Shown piece by piece: positions 1-7,264 of a DNA stretch of 7,538 bases. The number at the start of each line of letters is the position of its first letter. Position 1 is the stretch's first letter. The stretch lies in the IMG/VR virus record IMGVR_UViG_3300014520_000035. One strand, written 5' to 3'. The notes beneath the pieces were generated by a model. That model was not told the DNA's origin. It was given only the letters and a program-made list of their open reading frames with translations, and ran no database searches. The translations under genes were made by a program, and so were the position numbers. This stretch comes from a virus (taxonomy: Duplodnaviria; Heunggongvirae; Uroviricota; Caudoviricetes).

Positions 1-76
1 GTGCCGCGATGAAACGGGTATTGAGGGTATATAAAAGAACATCAATGGGTACACAATGATGAAACAGGTGAGTTGA

Positions 77-111
77 GTTCAAACTGTAGTACAATTCTCT
101 CCAGTTTGAAC
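77..111 (+). other. 10-bp perfect inverted repeat (stem 77-86 / 102-111, 15-nt loop) in the emrE leader, ending immediately before the emrE Shine-Dalgarno
   Basis: Read directly: gttcaaactg ... cagtttgaac are exact reverse complements; followed by aggaaag then ATG at 127. No U-tract after it, so not a typical intrinsic terminator. Confidence 0.35.
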
Positions 112-126
112 AGGAAAGAATATTCT

Positions 127-459
127 ATGAACCCTTATATTTATCTTGGTGGTGCAATACTTGCAGAGGTCATTGGTACAACCTTAATGAAGTTTTCAGA
201 AGGTTTTACACGGTTATGGCCATCTGTTGGTACAATTATTTGTTATTGTGCATCATTCTGGTTATTAGCTCAGACGCTGGCTTATATTCCTACAGGGATT
301 GCTTATGCTATCTGGTCAGGAGTCGGTATTGTCCTGATTAGCTTACTGTCATGGGGACTTTTCGGCCAACGGCTGGACCTGCCAGCCATTATAGGCATGA
401 TGTTGATTTGTGCCGGTGTGTTGGTTATTAATTTATTGTCACGAAGCACACCACATTAA
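127..459 (+). CDS. emrE: SMR-family multidrug efflux transporter EmrE (110 aa)
   Basis: Translation from ATG 127 (MNPYIYLGGAILAEVIGTTLMKFSEGF...LLSRSTPH) matches E. coli EmrE as I recall it, four hydrophobic helices with the conserved glutamate in helix 1 (AEVIGT). AGGAAAG Shine-Dalgarno 8-14 nt upstream. The ORF-track start at 73 adds an unconserved 18-aa extension and is probably not the real start. Confidence 0.93.
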   Translation: MNPYIYLGGAILAEVIGTTLMKFSEGFTRLWPSVGTIICYCASFWLLAQTLAYIPTGIAYAIWSGVGIVLISLLSWGLFGQRLDLPAIIGMMLICAGVLVINLLSRSTPH

Positions 460-490
460 AAATAATTTGTTTCTAAACGACTAAAATATG

Positions 491-525
491 GAGGCTCTTA
501 TATTTATATGAGCCTCGTTTTATGC
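491..525 (+). terminator. Probable intrinsic terminator of emrE
   Basis: Perfect 7-bp stem gaggctc (491-497) / gagcctc (510-516) with AT-rich loop, followed by T-rich gttttatgcttttt, about 30 nt after the emrE stop. Confidence 0.5.
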
Positions 526-714
526 TTTTTGTTAATGTCTTTATTTTTTTATGTATTCTTTTGTGCTTTCAAGATTATGGCGTAAGAAAATTGCAATACG
601 ATTATTGTTGTATATTCAAGATAATGTGACCTTAATTGTCTTTTTAAATAAAAATTAAACAAAATTATATCCCACCACTAAGGTTTATAAAAGCATACGT
701 TAGCAGGTGTCACC

Positions 715-2241
715 ATGAAAAAAGCCATAGCATATATGCGATTTTCATCACCAGGTCAGATGTCTGGCGACTCATTAAACCGACAGAGAAGACTTATTGC
801 TGAATGGTTAAAGGTAAATAGTGATTATTATCTTGATACCATAACATATGAAGATTTAGGATTAAGTGCATTCAAAGGAAAGCATGCACAATCAGGAGCT
901 TTTTCGGAATTTTTAGATGCTATAGAGCATGGTTATATATTGCCAGGAACTACATTGTTAGTTGAAAGTCTGGACAGACTTTCAAGAGAAAAAGTCGGTG
1001 AAGCGATTGAACGTCTGAAATTGATTTTGAATCACGGTATTGATGTTATAACTCTTTGCGACAATACAGTCTATAATATTGACTCTTTGAATGAGCCATA
1101 TTCATTAATAAAAGCCATACTTATAGCACAAAGGGCAAATGAAGAAAGCGAGATAAAGTCAAGTCGGGTTAAATTATCATGGAAGAAAAAACGGCAGGAT
1201 GCACTGGAATCAGGTACGATTATGACGGCGTCTTGTCCGAGATGGCTCTCCTTAGATGACAAAAGAACGGCTTTTGTTCCAGACCCCGACAGGGTGAAAA
1301 CTATTGAGCTAATTTTTAAACTCAGGATGGAAAGGCGCTCATTGAATGCAATAGCCAAGTATTTAAATGATCATGCTGTAAAGAATTTCTCAGGAAAAGA
1401 AAGTGCATGGGGACCTTCTGTAATTGAAAAATTATTAGCGAATAAAGCTCTGATAGGTATATGCGTACCTTCATATCGTGCAAGAGGTAAAGGAATAAGT
1501 GAAATCGCTGGCTATTATCCCAGAGTCATATCAGATGATTTGTTTTACGCTGTACAGGAAATTCGGTTGGCACCTTTTGGTATTAGCAATAGTAGCAAAA
1601 ATCCTATGTTGATAAATCTACTTCGAACAGTTATGAAGTGCGAGGCTTGTGGTAATACCATGATTGTTCATGCGGTATCTAGAAGTTTGCATGGCTATTA
1701 TGTTTGTCCGATGAGAAGACTGCATCGATGTGACAGGCCATCAATAAAGAGAGATTTGGTTGATTATAATATCATTAATGAGTTGCTTTTTAATTGTAGT
1801 AAAATCCAACCAGTTGAAAACAAGAAAGATGCTAATGAAACTTTAGAGTTGAAAATTATTGAGCTCCAGATGAAAATTAATAATTTAATTGCTGCATTAT
1901 CTGTTGCGCCTGAAGTTACCGCTATAGCAGAAAAAATCAGAGTATTAGATAAGGAATTACGAAGGGCTTCTGTATCATTAAAAACTTTGAAGAGTAAAGC
2001 GGTGAGTTCACTTGGTGATTTTCATGCTATTGACTTAACCAGTAAAAATGGGCGAGAGCTATGTCGTACACTTGCCTATAAAACATTCGAAAAAATCATA
2101 ATCAATACAGATAATAAAACCTGTGATATCTATTTTATGAATGGCATTGTTTTTAAACACTATCCTTTAATGAAAACAATATCCGCCCAGCAGGCGATAA
2201 GTACTCTCAAATATATGGTTGATGGTGAGGTTTATTTTTGA
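715..2241 (+). CDS. ybcK: Large serine recombinase (resolvase/invertase catalytic domain plus recombinase domain and Cys-rich zinc-ribbon region), DLP12 YbcK-like, 508 aa
   Basis: N-terminal AIAYMRFSSPGQ fits the serine-recombinase catalytic motif (Y-x-R-x-S-x-x-x-Q). C-terminal half has a CxxC ... C ... C cluster (CEACG ... CPMRRLHRC) and a predicted coiled-coil, as in large serine recombinases. The 255-bp gap to emrE and the length match my recollection of K-12 ybcK. AT-rich codon usage. Confidence 0.88.
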   Translation: MKKAIAYMRFSSPGQMSGDSLNRQRRLIAEWLKVNSDYYLDTITYEDLGLSAFKGKHAQSGAFSEFLDAIEHGYILPGTTLLVESLDRLSREKVGEAIERLKLILNHGIDVITLCDNTVYNIDSLNEPYSLIKAILIAQRANEESEIKSSRVKLSWKKKRQDALESGTIMTASCPRWLSLDDKRTAFVPDPDRVKTIELIFKLRMERRSLNAIAKYLNDHAVKNFSGKESAWGPSVIEKLLANKALIGICVPSYRARGKGISEIAGYYPRVISDDLFYAVQEIRLAPFGISNSSKNPMLINLLRTVMKCEACGNTMIVHAVSRSLHGYYVCPMRRLHRCDRPSIKRDLVDYNIINELLFNCSKIQPVENKKDANETLELKIIELQMKINNLIAALSVAPEVTAIAEKIRVLDKELRRASVSLKTLKSKAVSSLGDFHAIDLTSKNGRELCRTLAYKTFEKIIINTDNKTCDIYFMNGIVFKHYPLMKTISAQQAISTLKYMVDGEVYF

Positions 2242-2265
2242 GTAATAATCACTTTTTCAACCGTG

Positions 2266-2343
2266 CTATAGTAAGAAAGTTAGGTAAGTACATTAAAATT
2301 ATCTATCCTGAACGAAGCGTCCTGAGCTATGGTTTTACTATAG
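2266..2343. repeat. 9-bp perfect inverted repeat ctatagtaa (2266-2274) / ttactatag (2335-2343), each containing the palindrome CTATAG, bracketing the probable promoter region of the first cassette ORF
   Basis: Read directly from sequence; candidate operator pair or recombination half-sites. Function not established. Confidence 0.3.
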
Positions 2344-2352
2344 AGACTGCCA

Positions 2353-2676
2353 ATGGATGCTGGCGTTCTCGTTCTAGCAGTTCAACAATACCCAATCACA
2401 AAACAATTCACTGATAACGAACTTTGCACACTCGCCTGGTTATGGCGAGCAGGGAATGTGATGTTAATTACCTACCAGAACGTTACTCCTCTTCTTCAGG
2501 TTGCGGAGCATCGTGAAGCTGGTCGCTTCACTTCTATCGAGCAAGAATATCCCCAGATACTCAATAAGGCACAGGCAATCCTTGCCAGAGAAACGGCACA
2601 TGTAAAATTCCGGCCGTGGCAGGATGATAAGTGGAGTCGAGTTTTGCCGCATTTACGTTCGGATCGATTACAGTAG
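2353..2676 (+). CDS. Hypothetical protein (107 aa; alternative start ATG 2461 gives 71 aa)
   Basis: Open frame from the six-frame track with no family I recognise. The in-frame ATG at 2461 has a better Shine-Dalgarno (AGGGA, about 6 nt upstream) than the ATG at 2353. Occupies the position where K-12 carries ybcL. Confidence 0.45.
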   Translation: MDAGVLVLAVQQYPITKQFTDNELCTLAWLWRAGNVMLITYQNVTPLLQVAEHREAGRFTSIEQEYPQILNKAQAILARETAHVKFRPWQDDKWSRVLPHLRSDRLQ

Positions 2677-2699
2677 ATTCCAATTAACAATGAGAAACA

Positions 2700-3125
2700 C
2701 ATAGCCACCCCGTGGTATTGAAACCATATAATGTTGGATTTGAAAACAGATCTTTTTCCATGTATTAATAACTACATCCCCGCGAGTGATTCAAAAAGGA
2801 GGGCCCAATTTTGTCCGAGTTTTTGTATTCCCCCGCATGCCGCTGCGGAGCACTACATCTGAGTGTCTGACTAGGGGATAAAATTAGACTGGATAGTGAG
2901 AAGAAAGTGGCGTGCTAGGCTGTGCCGAGTGCTACCAGTACACCCTGGGGGTGTGCAGCTTTCGCCGAGACTGTAGTGGGTATCGGTTAATGCACGAAAA
3001 ACCGAGAGGTCAGACAACCAATTTGCCGTAGGATTGTTTCCGGTGCGATACCGGTGTACTAACTGAAAGCAATGCGAAAAAGCATAAACTCGGTCCTTCA
3101 GTCGCCCTACACACTATTTACTAAG
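2700..3125. ncRNA. Candidate structured non-coding RNA, or long structured leader of the downstream ORF; strand undetermined
   Basis: About 430 bp with stop codons dense in all six frames (no ORF in the track; longest I find is 43 codons, 2731-2862), yet noticeably more G+C-rich than the two AT-rich ORFs flanking it, with many short G/C-rich complementary segments. No tandem repeats and no tRNA or tmRNA signatures. Confidence 0.3.
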
Positions 3126-3137
3126 AAGGGCTAAAGC

Positions 3138-3494
3138 ATGGATACAATTATCACATGGATGGGAGATCGTCTGTTGGGGTGGATAACAAACAAATCCGAT
3201 CTGCGGCAGAGGGCAATCACTGGATTAACTCCTGCGATTTATTCAACAATTTTATATACTGAAAAATTAAAACGTGGTGAGCCTAATAACCCAAACGAAG
3301 AAGAAAAACTTTATAGGCTTTGGTATGAAGCGTCTTCCCAAGTCGTAGACTTTGATCGAGAGCTGGCTAAAAGATGTTTAGATAAATCAGAATATTGGCT
3401 TCATTCTGAATTATATAGCCCTGAGAAAGTTGGAGAGCTAAACATTTCTTTGGTTGGTATGAAGGCAACGCTTGAAGGAATAAAGCACAATTAA
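3138..3494 (+). CDS. Hypothetical protein (118 aa), low-GC accessory gene
   Basis: ORF with Shine-Dalgarno AAGGG 6-10 nt upstream of ATG 3138; strongly AT-rich codon usage unlike the downstream nin genes; no family recognised (charged, likely soluble). Confidence 0.55.
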   Translation: MDTIITWMGDRLLGWITNKSDLRQRAITGLTPAIYSTILYTEKLKRGEPNNPNEEEKLYRLWYEASSQVVDFDRELAKRCLDKSEYWLHSELYSPEKVGELNISLVGMKATLEGIKHN

Positions 3495-3681
3495 AACCTT
3501 TGATTTGCGATAATCAACTCGCCATAATCATGTCATCGGAGCCTGAACAACTCCGGTGACTTCTGCGCTAAACGGGGACGTTTATGCGCACACACAATCC
3601 AAACTCTCTTCTCCCTCCACAGATGCAGAAATGCACCTGCGATATATTGTATCCAGCGTTTGACCTCTGCGGAGGTGAAGC

Positions 3682-4137
3682 GTGAATCTCCCACAAGATG
3701 GCATCAAATTACATCGCGGTAACTTCACCGCTATCGGTCGGCAGATCCAGCCTTATCTGGAGGAGGGCAAATGCTTTCGCATGGTGCTTAAACCGTGGCG
3801 TGAGAAACGCAGTCTTTCCCAGAATGCACTCAGCCACATGTGGTACAGCGAAATCAGTGAATACCTCATCAGCAGGGGTAAAACGTTCGCTACTCCAGCT
3901 TGGGTAAAAGATGCTCTCAAACACACATATCTCGGTTATGAAACCAAAGACCTGGTTGATGTTGTAACCGGTGATATCACCACTATCCAGTCGTTACGCC
4001 ATACCTCCGATCTTGATACCGGAGAGATGTATGTCTTCCTGTGTAAGGTTGAAGCCTGGGCGGTGAATATTGGCTGCCACCTGACTATTCCGCAGAGCTG
4101 CGAGTTCCAGCTGCTCCGCGACAAGCAGGAGGCGTAA
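3682..4137 (+). CDS. ybcN: NinB/Orf-family protein YbcN (151 aa), GTG start
   Basis: Translation [39 protein letters not shown]... matches DLP12 YbcN as I recall it; GGAGG Shine-Dalgarno at 3671-3675 before GTG 3682. Confidence 0.9.
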   Translation: MNLPQDGIKLHRGNFTAIGRQIQPYLEEGKCFRMVLKPWREKRSLSQNALSHMWYSEISEYLISRGKTFATPAWVKDALKHTYLGYETKDLVDVVTGDITTIQSLRHTSDLDTGEMYVFLCKVEAWAVNIGCHLTIPQSCEFQLLRDKQEA

Positions 4138-4307
4138 TGGCTACACCGCTTATTCGTGTCATGAACGGACACATCTACAGAGTACCAGATCGTCGTAAGC
4201 GTAAACCGGAGCTGAAGCCTTCCGAAATACCAACACTGCTCGGATATACCGCCAGCCTGGTTGATAAAAAATGGTTGCGACTGGCAGCAAGGAGGAATCA
4301 TGGCTGA
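4137..4307 (+). CDS. ninE: NinE family protein (56 aa)
   Basis: Not in the ORF track (too short). Manual translation from ATG 4137 (overlapping the ybcN TAA as TAATG) gives [56 protein letters not shown], the lambdoid NinE sequence. Confidence 0.85.
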   Translation: MATPLIRVMNGHIYRVPDRRKRKPELKPSEIPTLLGYTASLVDKKWLRLAARRNHG

Positions 4308-4590
4308 TTTGAGAAAAGCAGCGCGTAGTCGGGAATGCCAGGTAAGAATCCCTGGCGTATGTAATGGCAACCCTGAAACGTCTGTACTGGCACATATCCG
4401 GCTGACTGGATTGTGCGGCACCGGTACCAAACCGCCAGACCTGATTGCCACCATTGCATGTTCTGCCTGCCACGACGAAATCGACCGCCGCACACATTTT
4501 GTCGATGCTGCATATGCAAAAGAATGCGCGCTGGAAGGTATGGCGAGAACACAGGTTATCTGGCTGAAAGAGGGGGTTATTAAGGCGTGA
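4300..4590 (+). CDS. ybcO: DUF1364-family protein YbcO (96 aa), putative nuclease
   Basis: Translation [64 protein letters not shown]... with its Cys cluster. ATG 4300 overlaps the ninE stop (ATGGCTGA) and is preceded by AGGAGG. The ORF-track start at 4261 would overlap ninE and lacks a Shine-Dalgarno. Confidence 0.88.
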   Translation: MADLRKAARSRECQVRIPGVCNGNPETSVLAHIRLTGLCGTGTKPPDLIATIACSACHDEIDRRTHFVDAAYAKECALEGMARTQVIWLKEGVIKA

Positions 4591-4949
4591 ATACCTACAG
4601 CATCACATTACCCTGGCCTCCGAGCAATAATCGCTATTACCGCCATAATCGCGGGCGCACGCACGTCAGCGCAGAGGGGCAGGCATACCGCGATAACGTC
4701 GCCCGAATCATTAAAAACGCAATGCTGGATATCGGCCTGGCTATGCCTGTGAAAATCCGCATTGAGTGCCACATGCCGGATCGCCGTCGCCGTGACCTGG
4801 ATAATCTGCAAAAAGCCGCTTTTGACGCACTCACTAAAGCAGGTTTCTGGCTGGATGATGCTCAGGTCGTTGATTACCGCGTTGTGAAGATGCCTGTTAC
4901 CAAAGGTGGGAGGCTGGAACTGACCATCACCGAAATGGGGAATGAATGA
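4587..4949 (+). CDS. rusA: Holliday-junction resolvase RusA (120 aa), GTG start
   Basis: Translation [38 protein letters not shown]... matches RusA; start overlaps the ybcO stop (GTGA). Confidence 0.93.
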   Translation: MNTYSITLPWPPSNNRYYRHNRGRTHVSAEGQAYRDNVARIIKNAMLDIGLAMPVKIRIECHMPDRRRRDLDNLQKAAFDALTKAGFWLDDAQVVDYRVVKMPVTKGGRLELTITEMGNE

Positions 4950-5086
4950 TGTTTGAGTTTTATATGGCAGAACGTCTTCGCCACCGCTGGGGGCGTCTGC
5001 GCTTATATCGTTTCCCCGGTTCTGTTTTGACCGATTACCGAATACTGAAGAATTACGCCAAAACCCTGACAGGAGCAGGAGTATGA
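4946..5086 (+). CDS. ylcG: Small DLP12 protein YlcG (46 aa)
   Basis: Manual translation from ATG 4946 (overlapping the rusA stop, ATGA): [46 protein letters not shown]. Not in the ORF track because of its length. Confidence 0.75.
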   Translation: MMFEFYMAERLRHRWGRLRLYRFPGSVLTDYRILKNYAKTLTGAGV

Positions 5087-5171
5087 AGTCAGAGATAACA
5101 ATCAACTAATACTGTTTCGTTGATTTTTGCTTGTAATTGGCGTTCTGGTCTGATTTTTGTGGAGTAAGTTG

Positions 5172-5555
5172 ATGCGTGATATTCAGATGGTTCTTGAGCG
5201 TTGGGGAGCGTGGGCGGCTAATAATCATGAAGATGTGACCTGGTCGTCCATTGCCGCCGGTTTTAAGGGATTAATTACTTCAAAAGTAAAATCTCGCCCG
5301 CAATGTTGTGACGATGACGCGATGATCATTTGCGGGTGCATGGCCCGTCTGAAAAAGAACAACAGCGATTTGCACGATTTATTAGTAGATTATTATGTAG
5401 TCGGTATGACATTCATGTCACTGGCAGGTAAGCATTGCTGCTCTGATGGTTATATCGGGAAAAGGTTACAGAAGGCTGAGGGCATAATTGAAGGGATGTT
5501 AATGGCATTAGATATCCGGTTAGAGATGGATATCGTTGTTAATAACTCTAATTAA
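5172..5555 (+). CDS. quuD: Late-gene antiterminator Q (127 aa)
   Basis: Translation [34 protein letters not shown]... with Cys-rich region ([12 protein letters not shown]) matches DLP12 QuuD; GGAG Shine-Dalgarno 7 nt before ATG 5172. The ORF-track start at 5157 is a TTG without a Shine-Dalgarno. Confidence 0.88.
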   Translation: MRDIQMVLERWGAWAANNHEDVTWSSIAAGFKGLITSKVKSRPQCCDDDAMIICGCMARLKKNNSDLHDLLVDYYVVGMTFMSLAGKHCCSDGYIGKRLQKAEGIIEGMLMALDIRLEMDIVVNNSN

Positions 5556-5735
5556 TACGCCAATTATTTACTAAAAGTTATTAAAAATGGGGCGTTGAAA
5601 CGCCCCCAAAAATAAAGGGTAATATATAACAGAAGGTTTGTATAGTTAGAAGCAAGGTTGTGCTTCTAAAGGAAGTGGCTTGAGGGAGCCACTTATATGT
5701 TGGGGAGGCAAAGCCTCCCACAACATATCTTTTAG
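5556..5735 (+). promoter_or_regulatory. Probable late regulatory module (PR'-like promoter, qut, short 6S-like leader, tR'-like terminator) downstream of Q, also serving as the convergent terminator zone with nmpC
   Basis: Three further hairpins at 5648-5667 (agaagca/tgcttct), 5673-5694 (aagtggct/agccactt) and 5695-5728 (atatgttg-gggaggc / gcctccc-a-caacatat), the last followed by cttttag on the + strand. In lambdoid phages PR', qut and tR' lie immediately 3' of Q. Exact -35/-10 not assigned (TTGAAA at 5595 and TAATAT at 5620 are one weak possibility). Confidence 0.4.
5578..5606 (-). terminator. Candidate intrinsic terminator for leftward (nmpC) transcription
   Basis: Stem ggggcg (5589-5594) / cgcccc (5601-5606), loop ttgaaa. 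On the - strand the hairpin is followed by a U-tract (reverse complement of ttattaaaaat); on the + strand by A-rich sequence, so it is oriented for the - strand. Confidence 0.45.
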
Positions 5736-5743
5736 TAATCAAA

Positions 5744-6826
5744 TTAGAACTGGTAAACCATACCTACAGCAACGATATCATCGGTAGCAACGCCAGATGC
5801 TTTCGTGAAATCGCTCTTATCAATCAGGTTGATTTTGTAGTCAACAAAAGTGGACATATTTTTGTTGAAGTAATAGGTTGCACCTACATCAACATATTCA
5901 ACCAGGTCCTGATCACCCCAAACACCCAAGTCTTTTCCTTTAGAATGCAGGTAAGCAACGGATGGACGCAGGCCGAAGTCGAACTGATATTGTGCAACAG
6001 CTTCGAAGTTTTGTGCTTTGTTGGCAATATGGTTATTACCAAAAACAGTCATGTTCTGGGTTTCAGAATAGGTGGTGGCCAGATAGATGTTGTTCGCATC
6101 ATATTTCAGACCAGCTGCCCATACTTCAGCATTTTGACCAGAAGCATTCAGACCGTTGTTACCGTAGATAACCTGATTATTAGTGCGATCAGATTTAGCA
6201 TAGGTTGCACCCACGCCGAATCCTTCATACTCATAAGTAGTTGAGAAACCGAAACCATCGCCATTAGCTTCAGTTACTTCATTTCGGTCATTTTTGCCCT
6301 GATACTGAGCTGCAAAGTTCAGGCCATCAACCAGACCAAAGAAGTCGTTGTTACGATAAGTTGCAACACCTGTGGTGCGACCAGTCATGAATACATCTGT
6401 TTGGGTCCAGGTATCGCCACCGAATTCTGGCAGAACGTCAGTCCACGCACCGATGTCGTATGCTACACCGTAGTTACGGCCGTAATCGATTGAGCCGTAG
6501 TCACCGAATTTCAGGCCTGCAAATGCAAGACGGGTTTTGTCTTTGGAGGAACCTTGAGATTCAGCGCGGTTGCCTTTGAATTCATATTCCCACTGACCGA
6601 AACCAGTCAGTTGATCGTTGATTTGGGTTTCACCTTTGAAGCCAAGACGGGCATAAGTAGTATCACCATCATCTGCATCATTAGAGGAGAAGTAGTGCTT
6701 AGCATTAACTTTCCCGTACAGATCCAGCTTGTTACTGTCTTTATTATAAATTTCAGCTGCCTGAGCAGACATCGCCATCAGTACTGATGCAGCTACAGCA
6801 GAAATTGCCACTGTTAATTTTTTCAT
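5744..6826 (-). CDS. nmpC: Outer-membrane general porin of the OmpC/OmpF/PhoE family, NmpC-like (360 aa), apparently intact
   Basis: Signal peptide [23 protein letters not shown] followed by [17 protein letters not shown]..., C-terminal ...VGMVYQF (terminal Phe, typical of beta-barrel outer-membrane proteins). Full length with no internal stop, whereas I recall K-12 nmpC being disrupted by IS5. Confidence 0.93.
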   Translation of the reverse strand: MKKLTVAISAVAASVLMAMSAQAAEIYNKDSNKLDLYGKVNAKHYFSSNDADDGDTTYARLGFKGETQINDQLTGFGQWEYEFKGNRAESQGSSKDKTRLAFAGLKFGDYGSIDYGRNYGVAYDIGAWTDVLPEFGGDTWTQTDVFMTGRTTGVATYRNNDFFGLVDGLNFAAQYQGKNDRNEVTEANGDGFGFSTTYEYEGFGVGATYAKSDRTNNQVIYGNNGLNASGQNAEVWAAGLKYDANNIYLATTYSETQNMTVFGNNHIANKAQNFEAVAQYQFDFGLRPSVAYLHSKGKDLGVWGDQDLVEYVDVGATYYFNKNMSTFVDYKINLIDKSDFTKASGVATDDIVAVGMVYQF

Positions 6827-7264
6827 CGTGAGCCCTTTTTTTTGAACTATTATTAAAAAATGATGTCACTGCGCGATAAATATTCATCTAATCAATGTGA
6901 TTATTTCAAGATGTAAGTTTTGGTTTCTCGTTTAATTTGTGAAGTAGATCTCTATTTTTATCTGAACTTTTTTCTATCGAATCCTATTCATGGCTCTTGG
7001 CTGAATAAAAATAAATCTATTAGCCAATTTATATTAATGGCTGTTATTTATAAGCGCTCTATAATTTGAAGGTTCAATTTAAATTGGCTAAAAATAACGC
7101 TGGAAATTATTTGTTGGTTATTTGTTGAGATTTGCTTATGTATTTGTAGTGGTGTTTTCAATACTCGGTAGCATTCTCGCAAATATCATTTAGTGGTTTA
7201 TGTACGTAAAAAATTGGTTATGCTGTTAAGAGTGGTTACTTCGTCACACAGCTTAAACCCGCCG

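Noticed and set aside
86-118. Guanidine-II (mini-ykkC) riboswitch upstream of the SMR gene emrE
   Set aside because: Only one hairpin is present and its loop lacks the conserved ACGR motif.
73-126. N-terminal extension of emrE from ATG 73 (128-aa ORF in the track)
   Set aside because: EmrE as I recall it begins MNPYIYLGG; ATG 127 has a proper Shine-Dalgarno and the extension overlaps the leader hairpin.
1071-1358. 95-aa ORF on the - strand inside ybcK
   Set aside because: Entirely antisense to a well-supported recombinase gene; no ribosome-binding site or recognisable domain; typical shadow ORF.
2464-2708. Two - strand ORFs (62 and 70 aa) overlapping the first cassette ORF
   Set aside because: Mutually overlapping and antisense to a + strand ORF that is co-oriented with every flanking gene; no Shine-Dalgarno; cannot be excluded, but not supported.
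2700-3125. Retron (msr-msd), type III toxin-antitoxin RNA array, CRISPR array, tRNA or tmRNA as the identity of the ORF-free block
   Set aside because: No reverse transcriptase gene nearby, no tandem direct repeats, no repeat-spacer periodicity, and no tRNA-like T-loop or acceptor features that I can see.
3698-4552. Several ORFs overlapping ybcN/ninE/ybcO on both strands (3698-3907 +, 3709-3924 -, 3936-4493 -, 4159-4497 -, 4298-4552 -)
   Set aside because: They overlap well-recognised conserved nin-region genes in alternative frames; products are Cys/Arg/Trp-rich, typical of out-of-frame reads of GC-balanced coding DNA.
4608-5105. 165-aa and 65-aa - strand ORFs antisense to rusA/ylcG
   Set aside because: Antisense to the recognisable RusA gene; no independent support.
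5157-5171. Upstream TTG start for quuD (132-aa form)
   Set aside because: ATG 5172 is preceded by GGAG at ideal spacing and gives the 127-aa Q protein; the TTG lacks a Shine-Dalgarno.
5945-6787. Three + strand ORFs (99, 69, 77 aa) inside nmpC
   Set aside because: Antisense to a full-length porin gene with signal peptide; shadow ORFs.
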